Shown in pieces: positions 10,005-19,732 of a stretch of DNA of 64,000 bases. The notes under the pieces were generated by a model, which saw only the letters and a program-made list of their open reading frames with translations, was not told the origin of the DNA and ran no database searches. The stretch spans positions 160,001 through 224,000 of the forward strand of contig CAZSOZ010000001.1 in NCBI GenBank assembly GCA_964608675.1, read 5' to 3'. The DNA comes from an uncultured archaeon. GTDB lineage: Archaea; Iainarchaeota; Iainarchaeia; Iainarchaeales; 1-14-0-10-31-34. The translations under genes were made by a program, and so were the position numbers. Each line of letters starts with the position of its first letter. The stretch's first letter is position 1.

Positions 10005-10661
10005 TTGAGCAAATTAAAAGAAAAAACAAAAACTCAAATAAAAGAAAATTCAGGTTACGGAAAAATTATTGCAGGATTAATAGTTATAGGAGTTTTAGGC
10101 TTGCTGGTTTTTGGCGGGCCAATAACCGGCTTTTATTTGTTTGGATTAGATAACGCGCCAACAGGCAACGACGGCAGACCATACAAAGGAAATCCAAACG
10201 CAAAAATTGTTGTAATTGAATACTCTGATTTTCAGTGCCCTGCATGCAAATCAGGATACGAACATTCAAAAAACATAATAAATGAATTTCAAAATGAAAT
10301 AAGATTTGAATACAGGCATTTTCCTTTGACTTCAATTCATCCTTTTACATTTAAAGCAGCAGTAGCAGCAGAAGCTGCTGCAGACCAAGGAAAATTCTGG
10401 GAATACCATGATTTATTGTTTGAAAACCAAGACAAGCTGACAAGAAATGATTTAATTAAATACGCAGAACAACTTGATTTAGATATAGAAAAATTTACTG
10501 CAGTTTTAGACGGAAACGAAAAAGATACAATAATTCAATCAGATTTAGCTGAAGGAACAAAAACAGGAGTAAATGGAACTCCAACTTTTTTTGTTAACGG
10601 AAAAAAAATAGATAACTGGGGAAATTTAAGACAAGCAATATTGAATGAATTAAACAAATAA
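10005..10661 (+). CDS. DsbA/thioredoxin-domain protein
   Basis: EYSDFQCPAC, YRHFPL, QGKFWEYHD, GVNGTPTFFVNG; TTG start after GGTGA SD. Confidence 0.88.
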   Translation: MSKLKEKTKTQIKENSGYGKIIAGLIVIGVLGLLVFGGPITGFYLFGLDNAPTGNDGRPYKGNPNAKIVVIEYSDFQCPACKSGYEHSKNIINEFQNEIRFEYRHFPLTSIHPFTFKAAVAAEAAADQGKFWEYHDLLFENQDKLTRNDLIKYAEQLDLDIEKFTAVLDGNEKDTIIQSDLAEGTKTGVNGTPTFFVNGKKIDNWGNLRQAILNELNK

Positions 10662-11801
10662 TTATTCAATAAATTCTTTAATTCTTTTCAGACCTTTTTT
10701 TATTTCATCCAAAGAGCAAGCATAACTCATTCTTACATAACCTGGCATTCCAAATGCTTTGCCCGGAACCAAAGCAACATGCTTTTCTGCCAGTAAATCA
10801 GCACAAAATTTAACGTCATCTTCTTGAATTTCTTTTATATTAAAAAAGAAATAAAATGCTCCCTGAGGCAAAATAAATTTGATTTTTGAATCCTTTAATT
10901 CTTTTGCAATAAAATCTCTTCTTTGCTTGAATTCCTGCACTTGTTTTTTTAATTCAGTTTCATCTGAATTTAATGCACCTAAAGCAGCTTTCTGTGAAAT
11001 AGAACAAGGGTTGCCGGTTGAATGGCTTTGAATTTTCTTTATTGCATCAGCAATTTTTTTAGTGGATGCAGAATAACCTATTCTGTAGCCTGTCATTGCA
11101 TGAGATTTTGATACTCCGTTAATTGTTATAGTTAAATTCTTTATTTCGTCATTCAAAGAAGCAATTGAAGAATGAGTTCCTTCAAACAAAATTTTTTCAT
11201 AAATTTCATCAGACAAAACAAAAACATTTTTTTTAACTGCAATTTCAGCCAACAATTCTAATTCTTTTCTAGAATAAGTTAAACCTGTTGGGTTGCTTGG
11301 ATAACTCAAAAAAACAGCTTTAGTTTTTGAAGTAATAGAATTTTCAAATTCTTCAGGCGAAAGCTTTAAAGAAGGATTTGAAGTAAAAACCGGTTTTGCT
11401 TCAGCCAATAAAACCATTGCTTTATAGCTTACCCAAAAAGGACAAGGGATAATTACTTCGTTTCCTTTATTGCACAAAACCTGAATAGAATTATACAATG
11501 CTTGTTTGGCGCCGGTTGAAACAATTATTTGGTCAAGAGAATAATCAAGTGAATTGTCTTTTTTTAGTTTTTCTTGAATTTTCTGCTTTAATTCAGTTAT
11601 TCCAGGAACAGCCGTATAATGAGAAAAATTTTCTTTTACTGCAGACACTGCAGCAGTTTTTGCTTGTTCAGGAGCATTAAAATCCGGTTCTCCTGCAGAA
11701 AAATTCAATACATCTATGCCTTTCTGCTTTAATTCAATTGCTTTTGCGTTAATTGCAAGAGTCTCTGAAGGCTTTAATTCTAAAAACTTGTCTGAAATCA
11801 T
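10662..11801 (-). CDS. aspC: PLP-dependent aminotransferase class I/II (aspartate aminotransferase-like)
   Basis: GEPDF, GAKQAL, PSNPTG, SDEIY, SKSHAMTGYRIG. Confidence 0.88.
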   Translation of the reverse strand: MISDKFLELKPSETLAINAKAIELKQKGIDVLNFSAGEPDFNAPEQAKTAAVSAVKENFSHYTAVPGITELKQKIQEKLKKDNSLDYSLDQIIVSTGAKQALYNSIQVLCNKGNEVIIPCPFWVSYKAMVLLAEAKPVFTSNPSLKLSPEEFENSITSKTKAVFLSYPSNPTGLTYSRKELELLAEIAVKKNVFVLSDEIYEKILFEGTHSSIASLNDEIKNLTITINGVSKSHAMTGYRIGYSASTKKIADAIKKIQSHSTGNPCSISQKAALGALNSDETELKKQVQEFKQRRDFIAKELKDSKIKFILPQGAFYFFFNIKEIQEDDVKFCADLLAEKHVALVPGKAFGMPGYVRMSYACSLDEIKKGLKRIKEFIE

Positions 11802-11870
11802 TTTTTTTGCCTCTAAAAAGAAAAAAAATATTGTAGAAAAAGTGTTTTAAAATCAACGGCAGAATGCCAT

Positions 11871-11884
11871 AGAAAGTATTTAAA
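11871..11884 (+). promoter_or_regulatory. BRE/TATA promoter of radA
   Basis: Purine-rich GAAAG followed by TATTTAAA about 25 nt upstream of a structured leader. Confidence 0.45.
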
Positions 11885-11907
11885 ATGCACGGAGTTTATT
11901 TGTATTA

Positions 11908-11963
11908 GCACAAACCAAAGGGTGAGTTCAGCCAAAAACAATAACCCGAAAAGGTTTTAGTGC
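11908..11963 (+). promoter_or_regulatory. Structured 5' leader of radA (long interrupted hairpin)
   Basis: Nested pairings GCAC/GTGC, AAACC/GGTTT, GGGT/ACCC ending just before the AGGAG SD. Confidence 0.4.
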
Positions 11964-11976
11964 AGGAGATGAAAAA

Positions 11977-12981
11977 ATGGCGGAAAAAAAAAACAAAACT
12001 ACAATTACAGCTGATTCTGAAAGCGAAATAAGCAAACCAGAAAAAAAAATTAAAAATATTTCTGACTTGCCTGGAGTAGGAACAACTTCTGCTGAAAAAT
12101 TAATTGCTGCAGGATATAAAAGCATGGAAAGCATTGCTGTTGCTTCTCCAGCAGAATTAATGGAAGCCGCAGGCTTAGGAGAAATTACTGCAACAAAAGC
12201 AATTAATGCTGCCCGAGAGTCTTTAGAAATGGGTTATGAATCAGCAGACAAAATTCAAGAAAGAAGAAAAAGCATTGGAAGAATTACAACAGGTTCAAAA
12301 GAAGTTGACGAATTAATTGGAGGCGGAATCGAAACCCAAAGCATTACAGAAGTATACGGACAATATGCTGCAGGAAAAACTCAATGGTGCTTTCAGCTTG
12401 CTGTAACAACTCAACTGCCTGAAGAACAAGGCGGATTAGAAGGAAATGTTTTGTATATTGATTCAGAAAATTCTTTCAGACCTGAAAGAATTATAGGAAT
12501 AGCAAAAAAATTTGGATTAAATGAAGAAGAAGTACTAAAAAACATTTTTGTTGCAAGAGCATTTAATTCAGACCACCAAATGGTTTTATCAGAAAAAGCT
12601 GAAAGCATGATAAAAGAAAAAAACATAAAATTAGTAATAGTGGATTCCTTAACCTCGCAATTTCGAGCAGAATTTATTGGAAGAGGAACATTAGCAGGAA
12701 GACAACAGAAATTAAACAAACACATGCATACTTTAATGAAATTAGCTGAAATGAACAATATTGCCTTATTAGTAACAAACCAAGTTATGTCCCGCCCAGA
12801 CATATTGTTTGGAGACCCAACTGCTCCAATCGGAGGACACGTAGTAGGACATGCAAGCAAAACAAGAATTTATTTAAGAAAAGCAAAAGGAGAAAAAAGA
12901 GTTGCAAAACTAGTTGACAGCCCTTCACTGCCGGACGGAGAAGCAGTTTACAGGGTAACAGAAAACGGATTAGAAGACTGA
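11977..12981 (+). CDS. radA: DNA repair and recombination protein RadA
   Basis: N-terminal HhH (DLPGVG), [11 protein letters not shown], Walker [27 protein letters not shown]; no intein. Confidence 0.97.
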   Translation: MAEKKNKTTITADSESEISKPEKKIKNISDLPGVGTTSAEKLIAAGYKSMESIAVASPAELMEAAGLGEITATKAINAARESLEMGYESADKIQERRKSIGRITTGSKEVDELIGGGIETQSITEVYGQYAAGKTQWCFQLAVTTQLPEEQGGLEGNVLYIDSENSFRPERIIGIAKKFGLNEEEVLKNIFVARAFNSDHQMVLSEKAESMIKEKNIKLVIVDSLTSQFRAEFIGRGTLAGRQQKLNKHMHTLMKLAEMNNIALLVTNQVMSRPDILFGDPTAPIGGHVVGHASKTRIYLRKAKGEKRVAKLVDSPSLPDGEAVYRVTENGLED

Positions 12982-12982
12982 A

Positions 12983-13085
12983 TGCACAGTTCCGGCTGTG
13001 CAGCACATGCCACACATGAAGCCGTTTTAGCGCCACTTTATGTGGTACTCAAGCGCCAACCGACTGAATGTTTGTTTACTGTGAA
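12983..13085. other. GC-rich structured intergenic element (candidate ncRNA or terminator)
   Basis: Hairpin TGCACAG-N6-CTGTGCA plus a long minus-strand stem; GC well above background. Confidence 0.4.
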
Positions 13086-13104
13086 TTAAAAAAAATTTAA
13101 CTAG

Positions 13105-13673
13105 TTAATGTCTTTTTATTAACTTCTGAAAAACTCTTTTTAATTTGAGCCTGCTTGTTTTTTTGGCTTTGGATTTGCTTCTGTTCTGCATTATTTTTCT
13201 TCTAGTTTTTTGAATCATTTCATCTAAAGAATATCTTGCTGAATTAATTTTTCTTTTTTTAAGCTGTTTTCTTCTTTCAGAAGAAATGCTAATAAAAGAA
13301 GACAAATGAAACATTTCTTTTGCAGAAGGAAACCTTGTTTTTAATTCTTTTAATACAATTAATTCAAGCCATGAAGCAATCCCTTTTTTTGCAAAAATTT
13401 TTTGGTTTCCTTTTTTTCCTATAGGGGAATAATCCCCCATCCAATTGAATTCTGAAATACTTCAAAAGAAATGTATCCTATTTTTCGACCTAAATTTGTG
13501 CCGTTTGTTTCCCTGAATTTTTTTATTGCATCCCTTATTTCGCGGGAAGAAATAAAATTTTTTGATGGAATCCCTTTATCAATATAAAATGATGCAATAA
13601 ATAATCCTGTTTTTTGCTTGGAAGAAAAATTTGGAGAATAATTTATTTTTATTCCAAAAACTTTTTTTGCCAT
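13105..13673 (-). pseudogene. Frameshifted basic orphan, possibly GNAT-like
   Basis: ORFs 13419-13673 and 13105-13440 join by adding one G to the G5 run (C5 at 13434-13438 on +); KKGIASWL resembles GNAT motif A. Confidence 0.55.
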
Positions 13674-13706
13674 AAAAAAAATAGGTTTTTGAATTAATTT
13701 AAATAT

Positions 13707-14369
13707 TTAGTTTGAGTGTTTTTCTTTTTCTTCGGCTTTCTTTTTGCTTTTGCCTTTAATTTTTTTTAATCTGGATAAATCATCTCTTTCCATTTCTTCA
13801 AGCCTTAAGCGGATAAAAGAAGCATTTTTTTTCATTTCAGGAATTACTTTAAATTCCAAAGCATTAACTCTTCTTTTAGTTTTGTCTATTTCTGTTAATA
13901 ATTTTCTTAAAGTGTTTTCTATTTCTGCTGCAACAATAATGTTTTTCAATAAAATTTCATATGATTCAGCTGCATCATCAATATAAGAAGAAGTTCCAAT
14001 TAAACCATAACCTCTTTCTTCAAAGGATTTAGTATTGTATTCTGATTTAACTGCAGGAACAACAACTCCCATGACATTTCGAGTTTTAACGTCAATTTCT
14101 GCTTTGTCTTTTAATGCAAGAGAAGCAGATTTAACTGAAACAGTTCCTTCAACTGCTCTAGCTAAATTTATTGCAACAGTAGCTTTCTTATAGTTATCAA
14201 CCATTTCTGATTTTGATTTCTTTGCTTCCTCTAACACTAAAAAAAACTCTTGAATTAAACCATCTCTTTTTCTTTTCAATAATGCGTGCCCTGAAGTAGC
14301 TAATTTAATTGCCTTATTTAATTTTATTAACTCGGATCTGGTTGGTTTAATGTCAGCCATAACACACAC
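13707..14369 (-). CDS. atpD: A/V-type ATP synthase subunit D
   Basis: IKPTRSEL, GHALLKRKRDGL, KTKRRVNALEFKVIP. Confidence 0.95.
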   Translation of the reverse strand: MCVMADIKPTRSELIKLNKAIKLATSGHALLKRKRDGLIQEFFLVLEEAKKSKSEMVDNYKKATVAINLARAVEGTVSVKSASLALKDKAEIDVKTRNVMGVVVPAVKSEYNTKSFEERGYGLIGTSSYIDDAAESYEILLKNIIVAAEIENTLRKLLTEIDKTKRRVNALEFKVIPEMKKNASFIRLRLEEMERDDLSRLKKIKGKSKKKAEEKEKHSN

Positions 14370-14372
14370 TAT

Positions 14373-15917
14373 TTATTTTTTCTTTTTCTTTTTTGAATTC
14401 TTTTTTGTTTTTTTGTTTGAGTTTTTCTTTTTTTGTTTGGTTTTTGGTTTTGATGAAGAAATTAATTTTGTTTCTTTTGGAGAAGAAAGTTCATTTGATG
14501 CATTAATTTTTGTTTTTTCTTCAGTTGAAAGTTTTTCTGGAACCTTGTCTTCTGGACGCTTGTTTTTATCCAAGTATTTTTCTATTAGTTCGTCGTCAAT
14601 TCTTGTTAATTCTGATTTAGATAATGAAGTTAGTAAATCCCACCCTAAATTTAAGGTATCAAAAATTGTTCTGTCTTCATATTTATCTTGTGTTATGAAT
14701 TTGTCTTCAAATCCATCTGCAAACTTTAAGTAGCTTCTGTCTCTTTCGCTTAAAGCTTCTTCTCCTACAATTGCCACAAGGCCTCTTAATGAACGGCCTT
14801 CAGCATAACCTGCATACAGTTGATTGGAAACAGCTTTATGATCTTCTCTAGTGTTTTTTTTGCCTATTCCTGCATTCATTAATCTTGATAAACAGGGGAG
14901 AACATCAATTGGAGGATAAATTCCTTTCATATGCAATTCTCTTCCTAAAACAATTTGTCCTTCAGTAATATATCCTGTTAAATCAGGAATTGGATGAGTT
15001 ATGTCGTCTCCAGGCATAGTTAAAATTGGAATCTGGGTTACTGAACCTTTTTTTCCTTTAATTAATCCTGCTCTTTCATAAATTGATGCAAGGTCAGTGT
15101 ACATGTATCCTGGATAACCTCTTCTTCCTGGAACTTCTTCTCTTGCTGCTCCAATTTCCCTTAAAGCTTCACAATAATTTGTCATATCAGTTAAAATTAC
15201 AAGAACGTGCATGTCATGTTCATACGCTAAATATTCAGCTGCAGTTAAAGCCATTTTTGGAGTAATTAATCTTTCAATTGCTGGATCGTTTGCTAGATTT
15301 AAAAACATGATTGTTCTTTCTAATGCTCCTGTTTGTTCAAAATCTCTTTGAAATTTTTGTGCTTCTTCATTTGTGATTCCCATTGCAGCAAACACAACAG
15401 CAAAATTTCCTTCAACTTTTGCCTGTCTTGCAATCTGCAAAGCAATATCATTATGAGGCAAACCTGAACCAGAAAAAATAGGCAGTTTTTGGCCTTTAAC
15501 TAAAGTATTCATTCCGTCTATTGTTGAAATTCCTGTTTGAACAAAATCTGTTGGAGAAGATCTAGCGTAAGGATTTATTGCTGCTCCAAGAATATCCATT
15601 TCTTTGTCTGGAATTATTTCAGGACCTGAATCAATTGGTTTTCCTAATCCTGACAAAACTCTTCCCAATAAATCTTTGGAAACCTTTAATTTGATTGTTT
15701 CGCCGGTAAATTTTACTGTTGAATCCCTGTCAATAGAAGAAGTTCCTTCAAAAACCTGAACAACAACAATGTCTTCAGATGAATCTAATACTTGTCCGTT
15801 TTTAATTGAATTATCCCCTAATTTTATTTTCACTAATTCTCCGTATCCAATAGGATCAGTTTTTTTTACGAAAACCAAAGGGCCTGCAATTCTTTCAATT
15901 GTTTTATATTCTTTCAT
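14373..15917 (-). CDS. atpB: A/V-type ATP synthase subunit B (with basic C-terminal extension)
   Basis: [47 protein letters not shown]. Confidence 0.97.
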   Translation of the reverse strand: MKEYKTIERIAGPLVFVKKTDPIGYGELVKIKLGDNSIKNGQVLDSSEDIVVVQVFEGTSSIDRDSTVKFTGETIKLKVSKDLLGRVLSGLGKPIDSGPEIIPDKEMDILGAAINPYARSSPTDFVQTGISTIDGMNTLVKGQKLPIFSGSGLPHNDIALQIARQAKVEGNFAVVFAAMGITNEEAQKFQRDFEQTGALERTIMFLNLANDPAIERLITPKMALTAAEYLAYEHDMHVLVILTDMTNYCEALREIGAAREEVPGRRGYPGYMYTDLASIYERAGLIKGKKGSVTQIPILTMPGDDITHPIPDLTGYITEGQIVLGRELHMKGIYPPIDVLPCLSRLMNAGIGKKNTREDHKAVSNQLYAGYAEGRSLRGLVAIVGEEALSERDRSYLKFADGFEDKFITQDKYEDRTIFDTLNLGWDLLTSLSKSELTRIDDELIEKYLDKNKRPEDKVPEKLSTEEKTKINASNELSSPKETKLISSSKPKTKQKKKNSNKKTKKNSKKKKKK

Positions 15918-15953
15918 TCATTACACCTCTTAATTCCCCAAAAATAATTCAAA

Positions 15954-17696
15954 TTATTTTGCAATTGATTTGAATTCCTGTTTCATTTCCTCCATTATTT
16001 TATTTAATTCTTTTTCAAAATTTTCTTCTTTAACAAAAGCAATTTTTGTTAACTTTGATTTAGATTCCATTTTAACAATGCTTTCAACTGGAACACCTAC
16101 TTCAACTGCAGTGTTTGCCTGCTCTGAAAAAGAAACAATTCCTTTCAGAATTCCATACTGTTTTTTTAAACTGCAGTAAGAGTCAACTTCATGGAAAGCG
16201 TTCTGTTGAAGAAATCCTTCTCTTATTAGTCTTGCGGTTTCCATAGTTAATCTTTCTTTTTCCGGCAAAGCATCAGAACCAATTAATTGAACGATTTCCT
16301 GCAAAGAAGATTCTTTCTGAAGAACTTTCATTACCTGCCTTCGGATTTTCACCCAGTCTTCTGCAACATTTTCCAAATACCATTTTTCTAAAGTATCTGA
16401 ATACAAACTGTAAGAATCAAGCCAGTTAATTGAAGGGAAATGCCTTCTTTGAGCAAGTTTTGCATCCAAAGCCCAAAACACTTTGGTTATCTTTAAAGTG
16501 TTTTGTGTTACAGGTTCAGAAAAATCTCCTCCTGGAGGAGAAACTGCTCCGATTGCTGTAACCGAACCAGTTTGTTTTCTGTTTCCCAAAACATTAATTC
16601 TTCCTGCTCTTTCATAAAATTCAGATAAACGGGCTGCAAGATAAGCAGGATAACCTTCTTCTCCAGGCATTTCTTCTAATCTAGAAGAAATTTCTCTCAT
16701 TGCTTCAGCCCAACGCGAAGTTGAATCAGCCATTAAACTTACATCAAATCCCTGATCTCTAAAATATTCAGCTATAGTCATTCCAGTATAAACTGAAGCT
16801 TCTCTTGCTGCAACCGGCATGTTTGAAGTGTTTGCAATTAAAACAGTTCTTTCCATTAAAGGCCTTCCTGTTTTTACATCCATTAATTCTGGAAATTCAG
16901 TTAAAACTTCAGTCATTTCGTTTCCTCTTTCACCACAACCAATATACACTACAATTTCTGCATCACTCCATTTAGCTAATTGTTGTTGGGTAACAGTTTT
17001 TCCGCTTCCAAAAGGACCAGGAATACTTCCTGCCCCTCCTTTTGCAATAGGAAACAAGCTGTCTAAAATTCTTTGGCCTGTAATCAAAGGAATTTCAGGC
17101 ATTAATTTTTCTTTGTAAGGCCTTGGCAGTTTAACAGGCCATTTATGCATTAAAGAAAGTTTTTTTCCGTTATCCAAAACAGCAACAGTCTGATCAACAG
17201 TAAAGTTTCCTGATTTAATTTCTTTTATTTTTCCTGAAATAAAAGGAGGAACCAAAATTTTGTGTTCAATGTTTTTTGTTTCCTGAACTGTTCCGATTAC
17301 GTCTCCTCCTTCAACTTTGTCTCCTTTTTTTACGGTTGGCTTAAAACCCCATTTTTTTGTTCTGTCTAATCCCGGAATACTGATTCCTCTTTTAATAAAA
17401 TCTCCCATTTTGTCAACTAATCCAGGCAAAGGCCTTTGGATTCCATCATAAATAGTTGAAAGCATTCCAGGACCCAATTCAACCGACAAAGGAGCATTAG
17501 TGTTTGAAACAGGTTCCCTTGGTTTTACGCCTGAAGTGTCTTCATACACTTGAATGATTGTTTTATCTCCGTCAATCTGAATTACTTCACCCATTAATTC
17601 TTCTTTTCCAACTTTCACTAAATCAAACATTTTTGCTTTCAGCCCTTTTGCTGTTACAACCGGGCCGGAAATTCTGTATATTTTTGCTATTTCCAT
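15954..17696 (-). CDS. atpA: A/V-type ATP synthase subunit A
   Basis: [43 protein letters not shown]; no intein. Confidence 0.98.
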   Translation of the reverse strand: MEIAKIYRISGPVVTAKGLKAKMFDLVKVGKEELMGEVIQIDGDKTIIQVYEDTSGVKPREPVSNTNAPLSVELGPGMLSTIYDGIQRPLPGLVDKMGDFIKRGISIPGLDRTKKWGFKPTVKKGDKVEGGDVIGTVQETKNIEHKILVPPFISGKIKEIKSGNFTVDQTVAVLDNGKKLSLMHKWPVKLPRPYKEKLMPEIPLITGQRILDSLFPIAKGGAGSIPGPFGSGKTVTQQQLAKWSDAEIVVYIGCGERGNEMTEVLTEFPELMDVKTGRPLMERTVLIANTSNMPVAAREASVYTGMTIAEYFRDQGFDVSLMADSTSRWAEAMREISSRLEEMPGEEGYPAYLAARLSEFYERAGRINVLGNRKQTGSVTAIGAVSPPGGDFSEPVTQNTLKITKVFWALDAKLAQRRHFPSINWLDSYSLYSDTLEKWYLENVAEDWVKIRRQVMKVLQKESSLQEIVQLIGSDALPEKERLTMETARLIREGFLQQNAFHEVDSYCSLKKQYGILKGIVSFSEQANTAVEVGVPVESIVKMESKSKLTKIAFVKEENFEKELNKIMEEMKQEFKSIAK

Positions 17697-17983
17697 AAAT
17701 CCACACCAACCGTCCTTTTAATTAATTCTCTTAAATCCGTTTCCTTTCCCTTAGAGGACAAGGTAATCAAAACCGGAGTAATAAGTTTTTCTAAAATTCT
17801 TTTTGTTTTCATATTCATTTTATTCATTTCTTCCTGTTCAATTACAATTACTCCAAAATTTTTGTTTTCCAAAACTTTTTCCATTGTATCATCAAAACTG
17901 TTTTCAACTGCAAAAGTGTTTTTTACTCCTGCAAGCCTAAAACCAGTTACAAAATTATCTGTTCCCACTACTGCGATTTCCAT
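17687..17983 (-). CDS. atpF: A/V-type ATP synthase subunit F
   Basis: [20 protein letters not shown]...[10 protein letters not shown]; operon position. Confidence 0.92.
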   Translation of the reverse strand: MEIAVVGTDNFVTGFRLAGVKNTFAVENSFDDTMEKVLENKNFGVIVIEQEEMNKMNMKTKRILEKLITPVLITLSSKGKETDLRELIKRTVGVDLWK

Positions 17984-17984
17984 T

Positions 17985-18887
17985 TCAAAACACCAATTGT
18001 TGTTCAATTAACTCCTGAGGCAAACCAGAATGCTTGCCTCTTGAAATAATCCTCAAATTATCTGCTTCGTTTTCTTTGGCAAAAAAAAAGCCGATTACCG
18101 GAGCAGTGCTTCTTTCAAATTTATTAACCATGCTTCTTCCTTTTTCAGAAAGCTTTTGCCTTAATTCAATTCTTGCTGTTTTAATGTCCTTTAATTCTTT
18201 ATTTTTTTGTTTTTTTTCTGATTCAATGATTTTTTTTAATTCAATTTTTGTTTCCTTTGACCTCGCTTCATTTAATTCATCCAAACCTTTTGCTTTCAGA
18301 ATATAAAGATCTTTTACTTTTCCTTCAGAAGAATTAATTCTTTTTCTGAAATAATCCAAATCAAGTTCGTCTTCTAATTCAGTTAAATTGTTTTTATGTT
18401 TTTTCATTGTCTCATAATATTCTGTTTTTTTAAAGAATTCAACTGCATCTTCAACTGAATTTGATTCTTTTGCAGTTTTTTTCAGGAATTCCTCTGAAAA
18501 TTCTCCTGCAGGAACAAGGTTTTGAATTATTTCTTCAGCGGATTCATTTGACTGCTTTCCTCTCAAAATTGTTTTAATGTTCCATATATCATATTTTCTT
18601 AAAAACAATTTTATTGATTCCCTTGAATCCTTTAAAGAAAAATCAAGGACTTTCTTGAATGAGTTTGCAAGATTTTTGTTTAATGCATATTCAATTAAAT
18701 CTGCTCCTTCATATTGTGTTCCAAGTTCGTCAATTTCTTTTTTGTATGTTGTTTCCTGAAGATATCTTGCAATTTGATCCAAAGACATCTTTAAAAGTTT
18801 TGAGTATTCTTCAGAAGGAATGAGTTTTGATTTCATTACCCTGACTCTGGTGTTAGTGTAAGCATACCCAAAACCTTTTGCAGTCAT
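17985..18887 (-). CDS. atpC: A/V-type ATP synthase subunit C
   Basis: YAYTNTRVRVMKSKL, YDIWNIKTILRGK, ENEADNLRIISRGK. Confidence 0.9.
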   Translation of the reverse strand: MTAKGFGYAYTNTRVRVMKSKLIPSEEYSKLLKMSLDQIARYLQETTYKKEIDELGTQYEGADLIEYALNKNLANSFKKVLDFSLKDSRESIKLFLRKYDIWNIKTILRGKQSNESAEEIIQNLVPAGEFSEEFLKKTAKESNSVEDAVEFFKKTEYYETMKKHKNNLTELEDELDLDYFRKRINSSEGKVKDLYILKAKGLDELNEARSKETKIELKKIIESEKKQKNKELKDIKTARIELRQKLSEKGRSMVNKFERSTAPVIGFFFAKENEADNLRIISRGKHSGLPQELIEQQLVF

Positions 18888-19444
18888 TCTCCAAACACCC
18901 TCAAAGAAATTTCACTAATGTTTTTTTCTTTTACTTTTTCCAAAATTACATCAAAGGTTTGATCTGAACGGATTGTTCCTTCAGAGTTCTCCAAAACAAA
19001 ACCTCCAATACAATCAATGCTGTCCTTGAATTTTAATCCTGAAAGCCCGGAAACAAGCTTTTTGTCTTTGGTCCTGCAATAAAAATATTCTGCATCCACT
19101 TCCTTTTTTCCTTTTAAAAGAAGTTTCTTCAGAATTTTTTCGTATTCTTTCTGCGAAATCCTGTTTAATGACTGTTTTGCTTCATTAAAAACTTCATCGA
19201 CAACTTCCTTTTTTGCATTCAACGACTGTTTTTTCATTGAAAGCTTCAAAGAAGCCAGCTCAGTTTTTTCCATAGAAGAAAGTATTTCGTTTGTTTTTTT
19301 GACTGTTTTTTCTCTGGATTTACTGATTTTTTCTTTTGTTTTATCAAGCATTTCTTTTGCTTGATTTTTTCCTTCTTGGATTATTTGACTGGATTTCCTT
19401 TCAGTTTCTATATTTATTTCATTTATTACATCTTCTAATGACAT
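18884..19444 (-). CDS. atpE: A/V-type ATP synthase subunit E
   Basis: MSLEDV coiled coil, IGGFVLENSEGTIRSDQTF; operon position. Confidence 0.88.
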   Translation of the reverse strand: MSLEDVINEINIETERKSSQIIQEGKNQAKEMLDKTKEKISKSREKTVKKTNEILSSMEKTELASLKLSMKKQSLNAKKEVVDEVFNEAKQSLNRISQKEYEKILKKLLLKGKKEVDAEYFYCRTKDKKLVSGLSGLKFKDSIDCIGGFVLENSEGTIRSDQTFDVILEKVKEKNISEISLRVFGE

Positions 19445-19460
19445 AAAAAAACCTTTTATT

Positions 19461-19697
19461 TTATGCTGGAGCCGGAGCCAATCCTAAAATCATGATTGCT
19501 ACAACTAAACCAAAAATAACAATTGTTTCAGGAATAACTGTCAGGATTAATGCTTTTCCAAATAATTCTTCTTTTTCAGCCATTGCACCAACAGCAGCAG
19601 TTCCAATTTCTTTTTCTGCTATTGCTGCTGCAAAAGCACTTCCTGCAATTGCAATTCCTGCTCCGATTGCAATCAAACCTAATTCTAATTCAACCAT
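19461..19697 (-). CDS. atpK: A/V-type ATP synthase subunit K (proteolipid c, single hairpin)
   Basis: Two TM helices; ion-binding Glu in IPETIVIFG. Confidence 0.93.
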   Translation of the reverse strand: MVELELGLIAIGAGIAIAGSAFAAAIAEKEIGTAAVGAMAEKEELFGKALILTVIPETIVIFGLVVAIMILGLAPAPA

Positions 19698-19732
19698 AGT
19701 TTTTTCCTCCTTTTAAGTTGAAAAACGTAAAC

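Noticed and set aside
12983-13085. 5S rRNA, or a hammerhead, HDV or twister ribozyme
   Set aside because: I could not map the conserved core motifs of any of these; kept only as an unassigned structured element
11977-17696. Inteins in RadA or ATP synthase subunit A
   Set aside because: Both proteins have normal length and uninterrupted Walker A regions
19461-19697. Na+-coupled ATP synthase call from subunit K
   Set aside because: E..ET is present but the Gln/Tyr ligands of the full Na+ motif are missing (PETIVIF), so the coupling ion cannot be assigned
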